From: Anaerohalosphaeraceae bacterium
GTDB lineage: Bacteria > Planctomycetota > Phycisphaerae > Sedimentisphaerales > Anaerohalosphaeraceae
Assembly: GCA_963675525.2 (NCBI GenBank)
Contig: CAXXSL010000011.1
Location: 480,001-544,000, forward strand
DNA length: 64,000 nucleotides
Direction: 5' to 3'
Both the position numbers and the translations under genes were made by a program. Below the pieces are notes generated by a model. The model was not told the DNA's origin. It worked only from the letters and a program-made list of their open reading frames with translations, and searched no databases. Of this stretch, positions 52,401 to 60,714 are shown piece after piece. Every line of letters starts with the position of its first letter. Within the stretch, counting starts at the first letter, position 1.

Positions 52401-52694
52401 CTGCCCAACATCACCGGCGGTATTTTCAAACGTGATATTCTCGGCGATAAAATCATCGGCCTCAATCGTCACCGACGGCGTGCGGAACGTGCCCAGATCC
52501 TTCCCCTCGTCATCTTTCATGCCGGCATACAAATCATATGTCAACACGGTCTGTTTTGCATCCTGGCCCCGGAAAGTTAAAAAACGCTTGGATCGCGGTA
52601 CGACAATTTTTTCTTTATAGGTTCCCGGCTCAATCTCAATTACAGTCGGTGTGGCATTCTGTTCCTCGACCGCATCCACCGCCGCCTGTACCAT
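49446..52694 (-). CDS. CE8 pectin methylesterase + GH43-like beta-propeller + GH28 (C-terminal part of a frameshifted polyprotein)
   Basis: GQALA, WQDTL, DFIFG, YLGRPW; NNDG, GDD, GHGG, RIKS; the CE8 lead-in IITVSADGTKDFT lies in frame upstream of the ATG. Confidence 0.85.
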   Translation of the reverse strand: MVQAAVDAVEEQNATPTVIEIEPGTYKEKIVVPRSKRFLTFRGQDAKQTVLTYDLYAGMKDDEGKDLGTFRTPSVTIEADDFIAENITFENTAGDVGQALAVTVVGDRVIFRNCRFLGWQDTLLDQTGRHYYENCYIVGHCDFIFGGGTAFFEKCHIHCLEGSYITAASTPQHQPYGYVFSNCKITGQPKDSKTYLGRPWRDYASVIFLNTEMSDIVRPEGWHNWKRPHREKTARYGEYNSTGPGANPDARVEWSRQLTAEQAEKITIQTVLSGDDGWNPIAGTVSTTSKIVPASATDIQSLKKKIADDTRDGSAYLFTSFCKSGKGGLVFFYSENGLDWQKLAGPIVIPSTDAPKPIIHPYLLCGPDGAFHLVWQTGLNNGQEIGYAHSGDLIDWSDARSFDLMKEQKAFYVVDPKLFYDTAAEKFVMTWASTLPGNYFQAYQEDVKDNPRLWVTTTSDFEIFTPAEPFFEPGYSVNNAVIVEQSNRYAMVHEDRRKMCKTLCVSFADALQGPWGPAENVLPQTSYQNPAVLQIGDEMIVYFESADGQKRGALITRDFNTWMDVTEFVSFPAGYYYGNVLKIDRDILAGLKIRLNESIEPIHAPFPMPELKRPEFPNRVVDIRNHGAIDGGQTDNTKAFSEAIKMCADAGGGRVLVPQGKWYTGPIHLKSNIDLHLAEGAEIIFSDRLEDYLPVVLVRVGGIELYNYSPLIYAWDCENVAVTGPGKLNGNAEAWWPWKGRETKAFFEMAAAGVPVEKRVFGTPEAAIRPNFLCLMNCRNVLLEGFTIGSGPNWTIHPVYCENVIIRRVNVLTDGPNNDGIDPDSCRNVLIEHCTFDTGDDCVVLKSGYNEDGWRVGKPTENVVMRHCFSKRGHGGLVIGSEMSGDVRNVYMYDCTFEGTDRAIRIKSKRGRGGVVENVWARDLKLRNMQREAVIFNMAYSSDKKQAQNEKAPIFRNFDIRNLTCEGAPTAILMRALEDAPIENVHFENISISSKQGIVCENVKNLVFDTVSVTPQQGSVYRITNGSDVTICQNTIAEQTEVFLEVSGATSSNIHIRESDLSKVSEIVCVKDGATKEVVRIE

Positions 52695-52719
52695 CGTAAA
52701 ATCCTTTGTCCCATCAGCA

Positions 52720-53646
52720 CTAACGGTGATGATTCTTAGTATCCGTTTCGGAAGATGGAATCTGTTGCGATGTCCGAGCCCAATGCACCCGCCACAGCCA
52801 GCCGGCTATTTCCTGCCTGTAATCAACCCCAAACTTGTCCCATTCCGAAATCCGATGCGGTGCCCCTTCAATCGTAATCAAGTCGCAGGGGACATTGTTC
52901 ACTTTCAGTTTAGCCTGGAAAGCAATGGATTGTTCATACGGCACACTTTGGTCGGCAGTTCCATGAACTAACAGAAACGGCGGCAAGCCTGACGTGACAT
53001 AATTAATCGGTGAAATTTGCTCCAGCAAAGCCTTCGACTGCGCATCGATGTCTTTGGGACGGTCCAGCAGTTTCTGCATACACTCGCTCAACCCTCCGCG
53101 CCGCGCCGAATCCGCCAGATGGTCCGTCGGCGGCGCGATACCCACCACCGCTTGAACCCGTTCCTCAAGAGCAGACTGCACAGGCCAAATGGCCTCCGGC
53201 CGAATAGCCGATCAGTGCGATTTGCTGTGGATCACCGTCGATACTCCGATGCATGTGCTTTCACCCAGCGAATGGCGGACTGGACATCTTCCAGGCAGGC
53301 GGGCCATCGATGTTTTGGAGCCAGGCGATAGTTGATCGAAAACCAGGCAAATCCGGCATCGGAAAGCGGTTCAAAAAGAAAACTCATGTCCTGTTTGTCG
53401 CCGCCGACCCAACCGCCGCCATGCACGATGATAACCACCGGGCGTGAGCCTGTTGCCTTCCGGCACAAAAGCATTCAGCAACAGGCTTTCTCCATCAGCC
53501 CGGCCGTATTCAATATTTGGATGAAGTCCGGCAGACAAAGTCTCTCCGGAGGCCCTGATTTCACAGACACATACAATGAAAATTGCGATAAGAACCACCC
53601 GCAAAACCGCCCATCGACCGATATCCCGCCGGTTTGCCGTAATCAC
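52720..53646 (-). pseudogene. Signal peptide + alpha/beta-hydrolase esterase domain broken by several frameshifts; probable N-terminus of 49446..52694
   Basis: GTG 53646 after AAGGAG; HGGGW, INYRLAP, GYSAGGHL and HGTAD lie in different frames; shifts near 53453, 53240, 53182 and 52730-52800. Confidence 0.8.
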
Positions 53647-53692
53647 GTACAGTCTCTCCTTTCCATGGGACGTTAACACTGATTTGAGCCTT

Positions 53693-53721
53693 ACTATACA
53701 AGATTAACACGGAAATATCAA
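53693..53721 (-). promoter_or_regulatory. sigma70-type promoter of the esterase-SSS-GH28-PL10 gene run
   Basis: Minus strand TTGATA-N17-TATAGT. Confidence 0.55.
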
Positions 53722-53954
53722 TCTACTTTTTCATAGCTGTGGTGCCTGGTAAAAAACCACCCGTAGAACAGCAGTATCATCCACCCATACTGAAATCTTC
53801 GATTTCAGTGACGACAACCGGCTGCCAACTCTCGCCGGTGAACCCCTATAACGATTCAAGGCGACACATTACGTCGCCAGCGAATCGTTATGAATTAAAG
53901 ACCGATCGCACGAAAAATCGTGTAAATGATCGTACTGTAAAATTCCCAAAAAAA

Positions 53955-54782
53955 TCACTGCCCCCCGATCAGCCGGAAAACAGTGTCATAATATACATCA
54001 TACCCAACCGTGCTCTTTGCAAAATCATCCCATACCTCATGCTCAAAGACTTCCGTGTCCTTGCATCCGCTGACATGGGCATCGGCGTATAAAGCATTAA
54101 CCATATATTTATTGGATGCGTCATAAGTATCTTCATTGTTTTGCGATCTTTGATGGCTCAGGTTGCTCCGGGTATGCAGGATATCTGTGGCATAAGGAAT
54201 CGCATGATGAAGCTGGACGAATTTTTTGGCAAGTTCCAACCTGGGCGGACTATTACTGTCCCATTTGGGAGTTCCGCTCGGAATCGGAAAATAAGTATAT
54301 CCCATCCTTACCCATTGGTTATGCGCAATCCCGAGTGAATCGGCGGTATTATAATCCTGCGGGAGCGTCCCCCACGGGGCGGGATTTTCGTAGGATTCAT
54401 ATTTGTATCCCTCCATCCGATTGCCCGGACAATAAAAAGCCTCCGGCGTGTCCATGAACCCCGCTTCATATAACTTTGCCCATCGCAAAGGAATAAGTTT
54501 TCCATTGGAATAAGAATATTCTGACTTATCTCCCCGATACAAAGCATACCCATGGCCAAATTCCGCGTGTCCATCTCGATCAAGGGAATCCGGCAAACTT
54601 TCGTAGGATTGTGAATAGTTTGTCATGGCAAGCCCTACTTGTCGAAGTCGAGCAGCACAGACAACCTGTTTGGCATAGTCTTTGGCTCTTTTAAGGCTGG
54701 GCAGGACAACGGAAAGCAACAGCGCGATAATCGCAATCACAACCAACAACTCGATTAATGTAAAGGCTCGTCTTTTTTTCAT
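53955..54782 (-). CDS. Prepilin-type N-terminal cleavage/methylation protein (DUF1559-like)
   Basis: RRAFTLIELLVVIAIIALLLSVVLPSL..A...C; FYCP; NALYADAHV. Confidence 0.85.
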   Translation of the reverse strand: MKKRRAFTLIELLVVIAIIALLLSVVLPSLKRAKDYAKQVVCAARLRQVGLAMTNYSQSYESLPDSLDRDGHAEFGHGYALYRGDKSEYSYSNGKLIPLRWAKLYEAGFMDTPEAFYCPGNRMEGYKYESYENPAPWGTLPQDYNTADSLGIAHNQWVRMGYTYFPIPSGTPKWDSNSPPRLELAKKFVQLHHAIPYATDILHTRSNLSHQRSQNNEDTYDASNKYMVNALYADAHVSGCKDTEVFEHEVWDDFAKSTVGYDVYYDTVFRLIGGQ

Positions 54783-54930
54783 GGGATCCTCATTAAAGTT
54801 AAATCACTTAAAACCTCAACAAATAAAAGAAACTGTAACGTATTTTATTCCCTAAGTAACACTCTACTGCGACGATTTAGTGCGTTAAGGATTAAAAAGC
54901 CTAAACATAATCGAACTCAACTTACTCTCT

Positions 54931-54996
54931 ATTATCTCAAATTCATAAACAGAGAACAAGTCCATTTTGCGCCTTTATAAAAGCAATTTTGCGCAA
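54931..54996 (-). promoter_or_regulatory. GCGC direct-repeat operator abutting a promoter
   Basis: GCGC at 54991 and 54969; 9 nt; TTGTTC-N17-GATAAT. Confidence 0.75.
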
Positions 54997-55051
54997 AAAA
55001 CATGATAATCCAAGATGTTTTCGAGGCTACTTCGACAATCCCTCTAAATGA

Positions 55052-55087
55052 TTTGGGCCCGCACTTGAGGGTAAGTGCAGGCCCAAA
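55052..55087 (-). terminator. Hairpin terminator after the 55123 gene
   Basis: TTTGGGCCCGCACTT...AAGTGCAGGCCCAAA. Confidence 0.6.
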
Positions 55088-55122
55088 ATACCTTATTACA
55101 TTACAATACTATATTAAATGTG

Positions 55123-56511
55123 TCATTCTTGACCGCAGTTGGTCAACGTATCCGTACACTCCAGCCAATCATTGATGATCAGCGCAACCAAATCATCCAA
55201 GTCCACAATACAGTCCTGATTTTCATCCGCCGCATTGTACGCCGCCCCTGTATCAAGATGGGAGGCATCGCAGGCATCGTCTCCGACAACGATGCGAACG
55301 GTATCGGAAGTTTCTAGATACCCGTCATTAGCCGTCAGCGTAAATTCATACTCGCCACGTGTAAGGTTGACGGATGTATCTTCGGCATCATCGGGACTGA
55401 TCGTGACCGTGACGCCGTCAGGGCCGCCCGTTTGGGTCCACAAGACGGTATAAGCACCATCATCGGATGCCGTGCCATCCAGATAGACGGTCACATTCGG
55501 ATCTGTATCGAGCCACACGACCTGGGGCAGACCTGCATCAGCACTGGGATACAGCCCCACATAGAACGACCACTCCTCGCCGGGAATCGACGCGGGAGAT
55601 CGGCTGGGGTCTTGGCAATCGACATACCAGTAATACATCGTATCGTTCGCCAGTGAACCGTATGTGGGGAAATTGGTTGTATTGATCGCCACTGATGAAA
55701 CACCAGCTCCAAGCGAAACAGATTCCATGTTCCCTATACGATTCGGCTCGGTCCCTAAATAAACGGTACACGTAATGTCGCTGACACCGTCGTTGGGATC
55801 CGGATTCGTCCAGGACAATGAAGCCTGCGATGTTTCGACCACTTCTCCAACCTCAGGATTGGGCCAATCGGCCCCTTCCGGCGGGAACGTTAATGTCAGG
55901 TATGATCGCCAGGCTTCCGTGGGGTGATCGGAAGTCGCAAAATCGAGCAGGTTGGGGGAATTATGCAAAACGAACTGCACGGTCCCATCCGTATCCGCCT
56001 GTAGAACCGCCAGGACATCGATATCAAATGAATCCCCCGGCAAGCCATCCGTAAATGCAATGGTATCCAGATACGCGGTCTTTAACGGATCCAGCAGTCC
56101 CAGATCCGACGTCAGGTTTCCCGGCGCATTGTTCCAGGTCAGCGCATAAATGCCATTACCCGGATCTTCATTGATCGGATGATCGACCCACAGGATGTTA
56201 TCGGTGACATCGTCGTTGACGGCAGACAGGTCGCATGTCTGGGACCCCGTCTTTGGATTATGCAGCGCAACGGTTAAAACAGCCCCTCTAAGGGTGCTCA
56301 AGTCATAGGCTCCAAGCTGGTCGTACTTGATCCAGGACTTGTTGCCGTTTGAGCTTGCTCGCACACTGAGTTTTTGCGAATCGTGCCTGTTTATGTCTGC
56401 ATTGCCCAACCCTTCCGTCCGACAGCTCATGTTAGATGGAACAATCACATCCGCAGCGAACACACTGCCGGCGAGAACACACGTGATCAATAATAAACAT
56501 AACTTTTTCAT
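55123..56511 (-). CDS. Secreted non-catalytic protein: DNRLRE-like + Ig/PKD-like + C-terminal dockerin-like repeat
   Basis: KSWIKYD, LTWNNAPGN, LQADTDG; ADAG..LDGTASDDG; DENQDCIVDLDDL..WLEC. Confidence 0.8.
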   Translation of the reverse strand: MKKLCLLLITCVLAGSVFAADVIVPSNMSCRTEGLGNADINRHDSQKLSVRASSNGNKSWIKYDQLGAYDLSTLRGAVLTVALHNPKTGSQTCDLSAVNDDVTDNILWVDHPINEDPGNGIYALTWNNAPGNLTSDLGLLDPLKTAYLDTIAFTDGLPGDSFDIDVLAVLQADTDGTVQFVLHNSPNLLDFATSDHPTEAWRSYLTLTFPPEGADWPNPEVGEVVETSQASLSWTNPDPNDGVSDITCTVYLGTEPNRIGNMESVSLGAGVSSVAINTTNFPTYGSLANDTMYYWYVDCQDPSRSPASIPGEEWSFYVGLYPSADAGLPQVVWLDTDPNVTVYLDGTASDDGAYTVLWTQTGGPDGVTVTISPDDAEDTSVNLTRGEYEFTLTANDGYLETSDTVRIVVGDDACDASHLDTGAAYNAADENQDCIVDLDDLVALIINDWLECTDTLTNCGQE

Positions 56512-56549
56512 TTTTATCTCCTATCGACTGAAATACTATTCAAATAGTT

Positions 56550-58616
56550 TTAGTTGCCGCAGTTCGTTTCTGTATCCGTGCAATCCAGCCAATTGGCTGC
56601 GATCAGCTCTGCAAAATCTTCCAAATTCACAATGCAGTCCTGGTTCACATCGCCGGGGTCATAAGCGGCTCCTGCAACCATGTGGGACGCATCACAAGGG
56701 TCGGTTCCAACCACGATCCGAACCGTATCCGAATTCACGCCACTGTCGTCAATCGCGCCATCATCGGCCGTGAGCACAAATACATAATCACCGCGTTCGG
56801 TTATTGTCACGGATGTGTCATCCACATTATCGGGGGCGATGGCAACTGCCGGGGCCCCGTTATCCTCTTGCGTCCACAGAACGGTATAAGCGGCCGGAGG
56901 ATTCGGCAAACCGTCATCCGAGGTCGTACCGTCCAGATAGACCAATTCCTGGCCCGGCGTACCGCTCTTGCCCAGCCACACAGTTTGGGGCGATCCTGCA
57001 TCGACAACAGGAGCTTCATTATTATTCACATAGAAATCCCACGGCAATCCGGGAATCAAGCCGGCGCTGGGGTCATCACAGTCAACGAACCACCAATAGG
57101 TTTCGAGATTCACAAGGTTCCCGAAGTTGGGGAAATTAGTCGTATTGATAAAGACCCCCTGAGAATCCGGAGTCAATGTCACACTGTCCATCAATAAACG
57201 GTTGGGCTCGGTACCCAGGTAAACGGTACAGGTAATGGGGCTTGTCCCGTCATTGGGGTCCGGATTGGTCCAGCCCAGTCCGGCCAGACTCGTCGGAACA
57301 ACATCACCGGGACATGGGGATGGATTATCCGCTCCGGCAGGAGCTACAAGGATTTTCAGCATCGGCCAGTACTCTTCGCCGCTTGTATTATCATGTGTTG
57401 CAAAGTCCATGAGGCCACTGGCGTTATGCAGCACAAACTGCACGACTCCATCCGTGTCGGCCTGAAGGATCGAAAGTACATCAGTTTCGAATTGATCTCC
57501 AATCAAAGCGCCGGGCAGTTCCGAATAGTCTATGGTTCCGACCTGCGTGGTTTGGTTCGGATCAAGACCTTGCTGAAGCTGTGCGACCGTAAAACTCGGA
57601 TCAACAGGATTGACCCCGTCGTTGCTGACAATATTGCCGGGTGCATTGTTCCAGGTAATATCTGTTTCACCCCAGCCGATATTAGTCATGTAGTCATCGT
57701 TGACCGCCGACAGCGTGGTTGTGCCGGTTCTGCTTCTATACGCCGTAACCCTCAGGGTTGCCGCTCTGATGTTGGCGGGGTCGATCCCCAGATCGTTAAT
57801 ATCAAACTTGATCCAGGATTTTGCCGCCTTGGCATCGCTCCTGACGGAGAGCTTATTGCTGTCAGTTCTGTTATCATTAACCCGGGAGTCAGTGCCGTCA
57901 AACAACTCCGTTCGGCAACTCACATCAGCATAGGTGGAAATCAACTCGCCGATATCCGGACAGGTTCCTGTCGGGAGAGTTGTATAGACCAAAGCAGGAA
58001 AGTATTCTGAGCCACTCGGGTGGTCGTGCGTTGAAAAACTCGTATCACCGCCGGAACCATGCAGAACAAACTGTACAGTCCCATCGGTATCGGCCTGCAG
58101 GATTGAAAGAACGTCAATAGTGAACTGTTGACCCGCCACGCCGTCTGTATAATCGATGGTTCCGACCAGTGTGGTTAAGGCCGGGTCAAGATTGTCCTGA
58201 AGTTCATCGAGTGTAATCGCGGCATCAGGGTTAATCCCATCAGCGCTGGTGTAATTACCCGGAGCATTGTTCCAGGTCAGAGATCCATCCAACACGGCTG
58301 GGCCGGTGGTTACGTCATCATTCACGGCCGACACTAAACACGTGCTGCTCTTGGACGCATGCAGTGTAACCCGAAGCTGACATGAGGTCATTGCGTCAAT
58401 ATCCAGTCCACTGACATCGAACTTGATCCAGGATTTTGCCGCCTTATAATCACTCCTGACGCTGAGCTTTGAGCTGTCAGACTTGACGGTATCGGCCTCT
58501 GAGTCTGTGCCGTTGTTCAGCGACGTCCGGGAACTGTCACTGGCATACTGAATCCCGTCAGCAGCTACCATGCTGCTTACAAAACATAATAACGCCAAAA
58601 AACATAATTTTCTCAT
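56550..58616 (-). CDS. Secreted non-catalytic protein: two DNRLRE-like domains + Ig/PKD-like + C-terminal dockerin-like repeat
   Basis: Two KAAKSWIKFD..WNNAPGN..LQADTDG repeats; GDVNQDCIVNLEDF..WLDC. Confidence 0.8.
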   Translation of the reverse strand: MRKLCFLALLCFVSSMVAADGIQYASDSSRTSLNNGTDSEADTVKSDSSKLSVRSDYKAAKSWIKFDVSGLDIDAMTSCQLRVTLHASKSSTCLVSAVNDDVTTGPAVLDGSLTWNNAPGNYTSADGINPDAAITLDELQDNLDPALTTLVGTIDYTDGVAGQQFTIDVLSILQADTDGTVQFVLHGSGGDTSFSTHDHPSGSEYFPALVYTTLPTGTCPDIGELISTYADVSCRTELFDGTDSRVNDNRTDSNKLSVRSDAKAAKSWIKFDINDLGIDPANIRAATLRVTAYRSRTGTTTLSAVNDDYMTNIGWGETDITWNNAPGNIVSNDGVNPVDPSFTVAQLQQGLDPNQTTQVGTIDYSELPGALIGDQFETDVLSILQADTDGVVQFVLHNASGLMDFATHDNTSGEEYWPMLKILVAPAGADNPSPCPGDVVPTSLAGLGWTNPDPNDGTSPITCTVYLGTEPNRLLMDSVTLTPDSQGVFINTTNFPNFGNLVNLETYWWFVDCDDPSAGLIPGLPWDFYVNNNEAPVVDAGSPQTVWLGKSGTPGQELVYLDGTTSDDGLPNPPAAYTVLWTQEDNGAPAVAIAPDNVDDTSVTITERGDYVFVLTADDGAIDDSGVNSDTVRIVVGTDPCDASHMVAGAAYDPGDVNQDCIVNLEDFAELIAANWLDCTDTETNCGN

Positions 58617-58768
58617 TTTACATCTCCTTTTAGATTAAAACGATCCGTTACTTGCGGTCTATCGGGCAACGCACTCAATAAAAACAAGTAACAGGTTGAA
58701 TTATATTCGATCCTTAATTTACACCCTATCCTTATGATAATATCTTGCCATTATCATATTATCTTGTC

Positions 58769-58834
58769 ATTATCGGAAATTAACAACTTTAAAACAAGGC
58801 AATATCGCGCGGAAACAAAGATGATTTTGCGCAA
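58769..58834 (-). promoter_or_regulatory. GCGC direct-repeat operator abutting a promoter
   Basis: GCGC at 58829 and 58807; 9 nt; TTGTTT-N17-GATAAT. Confidence 0.75.
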
Positions 58835-59027
58835 TATAACACCGGTTAATCTTATTCTCTGAACACATTGCTGAATATGTCTACGTACTTTATCGTCATA
58901 AAAAACGCGTTATCAGTACTGGAAATTCTGCCTTGTCCGCTTTTCACGCAACTTATCTTTTACTTCAGAAACAGCCCTGCTGAAATCTGTCTTCTTGTTA
59001 TCGAAAGTTACGATGGATTCAATCTTG

Positions 59028-59076
59028 AAAAAATCCCGGCCAATTTACGATAGGTCGTTTAGATTGGCCGGGATTT
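59028..59076 (-). terminator. Intrinsic terminator of the PEP-CTERM array
   Basis: AAATCCCGGCCAAT...ATTGGCCGGGATTT stem with a U-tract on the minus strand. Confidence 0.75.
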
Positions 59077-59119
59077 AAGTACACATAGAGAGATCTCTCA
59101 ATTAACAATCACTCACATG

Positions 59120-59827
59120 TTAGCGTTTTCTCCTGATTGCAACCAAGCCACCCAGACCCAGCAGAAGCATCGTTGCCGGCTCAGGAACGACGAGAGATGC
59201 TCCGGTGCCGACCTCTTTGACCTGAAAACGCGCCTGATTGCTGCTGGTACTTGCTTCACCACGTACGATCAGGAACGTGACCAAGCCGTTCGTGTCGGCG
59301 TTAAGGAAGGCATCCAGACCCGCACCGCTGAACGTGTACAAGGCGTCTGTTACCTGCGGACCGTAGAGCTGAGGACCAACCAATAGCGTCAGATTGGCAA
59401 CATCGAGGTCGCGGACGTCGTCCCATGAATTACCGAGCCCAGTCTCAACCGTCGGATTGTCACCATCCGGAATCAGTCCCGGGCAGGTGTTATATGTGAT
59501 TACGTCCTCCGCCCACGTTGCCTCTTCTGCATGCGTCTCGTTGAGGCCATACAGCGACAACGTCTTGTCAGACGAACTGTCGTCACGATACCAAACGAGA
59601 TTGAGCGCACTGCCCAAAGCCGCGGCATCTCCGGACACGTCAAACTTCAGCATGATCACATCATTGTCATCCGCGTCAATGTCCGTGCGGGCGTTGATTT
59701 GATCATTATCGTTCCTGTTGCTGTCCGCGCTGTCTTCGCGTACCCATGTGTCATCGGTGAGTATTGCAGCGAAACTCATGCTGCTGACCAGACACACTAC
59801 TAATAATACACATAATTTTTTCATCAT
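59120..59827 (-). CDS. PEP-CTERM protein with DNRLRE-like domain
   Basis: Signal peptide; DDTWV..LKFDVS..FLNADTNG; VPEPATMLLLGLGGLVAIRRKR. Confidence 0.9.
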   Translation of the reverse strand: MMKKLCVLLVVCLVSSMSFAAILTDDTWVREDSADSNRNDNDQINARTDIDADDNDVIMLKFDVSGDAAALGSALNLVWYRDDSSSDKTLSLYGLNETHAEEATWAEDVITYNTCPGLIPDGDNPTVETGLGNSWDDVRDLDVANLTLLVGPQLYGPQVTDALYTFSGAGLDAFLNADTNGLVTFLIVRGEASTSSNQARFQVKEVGTGASLVVPEPATMLLLGLGGLVAIRRKR

Positions 59828-59902
59828 ACTCTCTCCTCATTAAACAAAGTTTAATTTACTAAACAACACACTTCATGCTTCAGAGAAGTATTGACTTCTC
59901 TG

Positions 59903-60625
59903 TTAACGTTTTCTCCTGATTGCGATCAGGCTGCCCAGACCCAGCAAAAGCATCGTTGCCGGTTCAGGAACGGTGATCAGTGCAGGCCAGTATTCTTCGC
60001 CATTCGAATGATCGTGAGTAGAAAAATTTGTCTCACCGCCGGCGCCATGCAGAGCAAACAGCACGATGCCATCGGTATCAGCCTGCAGAATCGACAGTAC
60101 ATCCAAGACAAACTGGTCGCCCGCAACACCGCCATACGAATAGTCAACGGTTCCAATCAGCGTAGTCAGGGCCGGGTCCAGATTGTCCTGGAGATCATCG
60201 ACAGTAAATGATCCGTTATCAGGATTGATACCGTCAGCACTGGTAATATTACCGGGAGCAGTGTTCCAGGTTACAGATCCATCCAACGCGACAATGCCGC
60301 TGGTTACGTCATCATTCACGGCCGACACCAAACAAGTACTTGTCTTGTCGGAATGCAAGGTGACACGCAGTTGGGCACTTGTCAGTGAACCGACATCCAG
60401 ACCGCTGATGTCGAACTCGATCCAGGATTTTGCCGCCTTTGCATCACTTCTGGAAGTGAGTTTGCTGCCATCAGACTTGACTGTATCAACCAATGGATCT
60501 GATCCGTCTGATTGACCATTCAGCGATGTCCGCGAACTGTCAATGGCATACGTAATGTCAGCACGTACCGCCGGCGCCAAAACGAATGCTGCAATTACTA
60601 CTAACAAAATTAGTTTTTTCATCAT
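59903..60625 (-). CDS. PEP-CTERM protein with DNRLRE-like domain
   Basis: Start ATG 60625 after GAGGAG; KAAKSWIEFDISG; VPEPATMLLLGLGSLIAIRRKR. Confidence 0.9.
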   Translation of the reverse strand: MMKKLILLVVIAAFVLAPAVRADITYAIDSSRTSLNGQSDGSDPLVDTVKSDGSKLTSRSDAKAAKSWIEFDISGLDVGSLTSAQLRVTLHSDKTSTCLVSAVNDDVTSGIVALDGSVTWNTAPGNITSADGINPDNGSFTVDDLQDNLDPALTTLIGTVDYSYGGVAGDQFVLDVLSILQADTDGIVLFALHGAGGETNFSTHDHSNGEEYWPALITVPEPATMLLLGLGSLIAIRRKR

Positions 60626-60714
60626 ACTTCTCCTCATTAAAACAAAGTTTAATTTACCAAACAATAATACACACTTCCCACACACTTAATGCTTCAAAGA
60701 AGTACTGACTTCTC

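Noticed and set aside
53883..53935. Repeated (A/G)ATCG(T/C) motifs in intergenic DNA
   Set aside because: Short and irregularly spaced (21, 12, 12); not seen at other promoters
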